A stretch of DNA of 64,000 bases from Lingula anatina (Eukaryota; Animalia; Brachiopoda), in the NCBI GenBank assembly GCA_051362555.1, contig CM120642.1:18476001-18540000 (forward strand), in the 5' to 3' direction. The notes below the pieces were generated by a model, which was given only the letters and a program-made list of their open reading frames with translations, was not told the DNA's origin and did not search any database. The stretch's first letter is position 1. Each line of letters starts with the position of its first letter. The position numbers were made by a program, and so were the translations under genes. Positions 60,755-64,000 of the stretch are shown here, in pieces.

Positions 60755-63136
60755 GTCCTCCTCGGAACAACACACATACTACGGAGGGTGCTATCAATGA
60801 AGTAGAAAGGAACAACTAACCTCTAGCGCCTTAGGACCATTGTTTAGACCCGGTTCTTTAGGATGTAATAAACAACGCAGAAAGAAAACTAAATAATAGT
60901 AATAATACTAATAATGATCCAGTGTAAAGTCTTGGTAGAGTCCAATGCCAATTTTACTGTATCATACAGTTTACTTAAGTTCAGGCCCATGACTGGAATA
61001 TACAACATTGGTCAAAAAGGTTGTCCCACCCCCATTTCCATGTACTTTTATTTACAAATGATCACCTCACAGTTGTAAATTGTTAGAAATAGTGCTTTTT
61101 ATTACATATACCGTGTCTAACATGATTAATGGTTAAAAAAATACAAAATAGTGGTGAAAATATACACATGTTATACCATTTAGTAAATTTTATTAGATGT
61201 ACCCCCTCAAATCCACTGTTTCACTGTGACATCTACAGATGTAAAGAAATGTCAATTAAATTGAAAAGACGCCATCAAATGTCACCAAATTCACACACAA
61301 TTAGCATTAGGGTGTGCTCGTTAAAGATCACTTGCCTAACAGCATGTGCGTATACTGAAAAATCTATTCAAATTATTGTCGATCTAAAGGTATCCCATCC
61401 AGGATTTTCCCACCAAATAGATTATCACATGAAAAAAATGCTCTTATTACAAATCATTGCTCGACTCCTGCTATTGGATTTTACATCATTTTTGATAAAT
61501 GAGTTCTTACTATTTTGTAAAGGTTGAGACCATTATGTCTTCCAGTAAGTTTCGGCAGAAATATCGACATCAGGAAGTTTCATTGGAGGCGTTTCCTCGT
61601 TTTTTTGCTCTGAATAGAGAAAGATAAATAGCATTTGCCGGATACGCAGATAATGAAACCATCAGCTTGGGACAGTTTCAAAAGCGGAGTAGTCCTTTAT
61701 TTACCTAGTTGTCAAAAGGGTCCATGCATTTCAGTGATTCTTACAATTTATATGTCAAAATGCTCACCATGGCATGTTCAATTGTTTGCACATCACTCAG
61801 GTGAGCACTAGAATAATAATCGATTACTACCAACTGCGCTACAACATGGTTAGTTTTACACAAACTCTAACCGGGTTATACGTAGCTGAACCTTTAGTAC
61901 TAACAAAGGGAGGCTACTGTACCTATGCGTCAGCCTCATGTACAGATGTATACGTAGAAACATACATTGTAACGTCAGCGGTGTCAAACATTTTCCCCAA
62001 CTAATTTTTTAAAAAGTCTAAGTGAATGTTTAGTCTGTCTTTTTCATATCGATCACGCATTTGCTTGGTTTTCGTAACATTAGCTTTGCGTGATTACCAC
62101 AATTTTACGTTCTGATTTGTCATTCGCCCATTCAACATGCCCTCTTTTGTCTCCAATTAAAAAGTCTAAAATCTACTTTTGTCTTCCCTGTCTGAAAAGC
62201 TACGGAGCACTTAACATTCTGAATTCAGACATTGAAAGACTTTATGTTTAAAAAATGCCCGCCCTCAACTTAAAGTTCCTGGTGTTTACATATCCTTCTG
62301 CAAAATTACTTATGGCTGTCTACATTACTGGATAGTTACACATTACTATAGTACCTAATTAGAAATGGTACAAAATATCGAGCTCCAGTTTACGGATGGG
62401 TCGAACAATGATTCGTGAGTAAGAAATTTTTTTATTTCCTATTTAGGTATGATATCTTTAATGACTACTTAACAGCTCTTTATAAAGGGTCGGAAACAAA
62501 CCCTCTGTTGATTGAGGATTGTTTGGGTTATACATACAAGCCTCTAACTGCATGTGATATTACATGTAGCCATTAAAAGCAATTTTTAAGCAATTTGATA
62601 ATCCTGTAACGCTTGATGTGAGATCAATATTAACATGCTTAAGAGCAATTTAAATAGTTAGAGGGAATCGGGAGTACGAACTTAACAAAAATATACCATG
62701 GGTTATTTGTGTAATTATGCCATCGATTTTTTCTACCGATGTAAGTATCACTCTCAAGAAGGTTAACTTAATCATACTATTATTTTTACAAAGTGCTCTG
62801 TACGATTGAAAATCGATAAATAAAAAATTCGATTATACGGCAGTCTTTTGTGCCTTTCATTCCGGCCAAGCAATGCTGCTTTCATTAGAAGGAGACCCTT
62901 TTTCGATTGCAGGTCAGTTAATTGTAAAGGATAAGTCGGGTAAATTGCATTTACTTACTAAAACGCTTTAGACAAAGAAATGATTTTGTTAAACAAATGT
63001 TTTCCATGAGTGGTACGGGTGTGTATAGCTTACAACTTTCTAGTGAATAAGGAGGGTGCCTTCTTGGCTTAAAAAAGCTCTCTGGAAACATCCCCATTGA
63101 GCTTGACAGTGTTTTAAAAGTTCCTTTTTGTTCTAG

Positions 63137-63451
63137 GACCTCCACAATATCCAAGTTTTATCTACGTGAACGAAAGCCAAACCAATTCCCTAGAAATCAC
63201 GTGGATGTCCGGCTTCAATGGCGGGTTAACTCAAACCTTCACTTTAGAGGTAACGCCCCTGAGTGCTGCTGACGTCACCAATGCAACTGTACTGCGCCTG
63301 GAGGACCCTGGGTACCTTCAGACCACGACTAATCTCATCACTGGGCTACAAGAAGGGGCGAGCTATACCGTACGACTGACTACCGAAACTAACAGACCTG
63401 TAGGTGTCCGGAGCAGGAACATATCGACGACAGCCACCACTTATTCCAGAG
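63137..63451 (+). CDS. Fibronectin type III exon, probably the same gene as the PAN exon; continues beyond the window
   Basis: TTCTAG acceptor, G|GTAGG donor, 315 nt phase 1/1; GPPQYP...SLEITWMSGFNGGLTQTFTL...ITGLQEGASYTVRL is an FN3 consensus. Confidence 0.78.
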
Positions 63452-64000
63452 GTAGGACAAACTTTGCTTCTTGTGTTAAGAACTTTCATTAGTACATATT
63501 CTCATATTTCATTCTATATACTACTCTTTGAAGATACATTAATTACATATGAAACTTTCAATTTGTCAATTAGCAAGAGATGATGGGAACATAGCCTTTT
63601 ATCCCATAAGCGTACACTGTCATAAGTATAATTCAAATGCTCAGTGATTGAGAATTTTACAGGACCCTTCACTTGCGACAAACTGAAGCAAGATGGTTTG
63701 AGCAGCGGGTACCATACCATCCAAGCAGAGGGCCCTGGGGTAATGATCCAGTTTCAGGTGGAATGTGACATGACCTTTGACCCCCCATTGACCATTGTCC
63801 ACCATGATATAGAAGGTCGAAGCAGTCAACTTGGGCCTGGTCAGGCGGGCTATACTTACAGAGATCTGACGTATCCTACTGCTTCTATATACCAGATGAC
63901 TGCCTTATTGAATATGTCTGGTCACTGTCACCAATACAGACAAATAGAGTGTCACGGGCTAGGAAGTAAGTACGATAGAAACCATTTCTTTATTGTTATT

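Noticed and set aside
61129-61527. 132-aa AT-rich plus-strand ORF between the PAN and FN3 exons
   Set aside because: Intron-like composition, no domain, no clear splice sites.

Overview
AT-rich, intron-containing animal DNA; the gene families and repeats suggest a marine lophotrochozoan such as a mollusc (inference). Splicing exons by hand gives ten gene models. Minus strand: two tandem secreted GH128-type beta-1,3-glucanases (0.46-8.4 kb), a TTC22-like TPR protein fused to a C-terminal TIR domain with the catalytic-type Glu (12.2-15.5 kb, first exon unresolved), an intronless 530-aa Cys-rich surface protein with an ShKT-like module (42.6-44.2 kb), and two tandem two-domain Ly6/uPAR (three-finger) GPI-type proteins (45.3-57.4 kb). 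Plus strand: a Golgi carbohydrate sulfotransferase with a 1-bp frameshift and a duplicated first exon (25.7-29.0 kb), an atypical class A peptide-type GPCR (36.4-38.2 kb), a compact gene for a 68-aa prepropeptide releasing the 19-aa six-cysteine peptide AYRCGCDPSCYSKCGRYCC that the ORF track misses (40.5-41.4 kb), and the start of a PAN/Apple + FN3 gene (60.0 kb onward). Between genes lie RTE, Tx1/L1 and Penelope relics, several MITEs, a 1.5-kb foldback, local duplications and microsatellites. No rRNA, tRNA or CRISPR could be supported. All family calls come from recalled motifs, not database searches.
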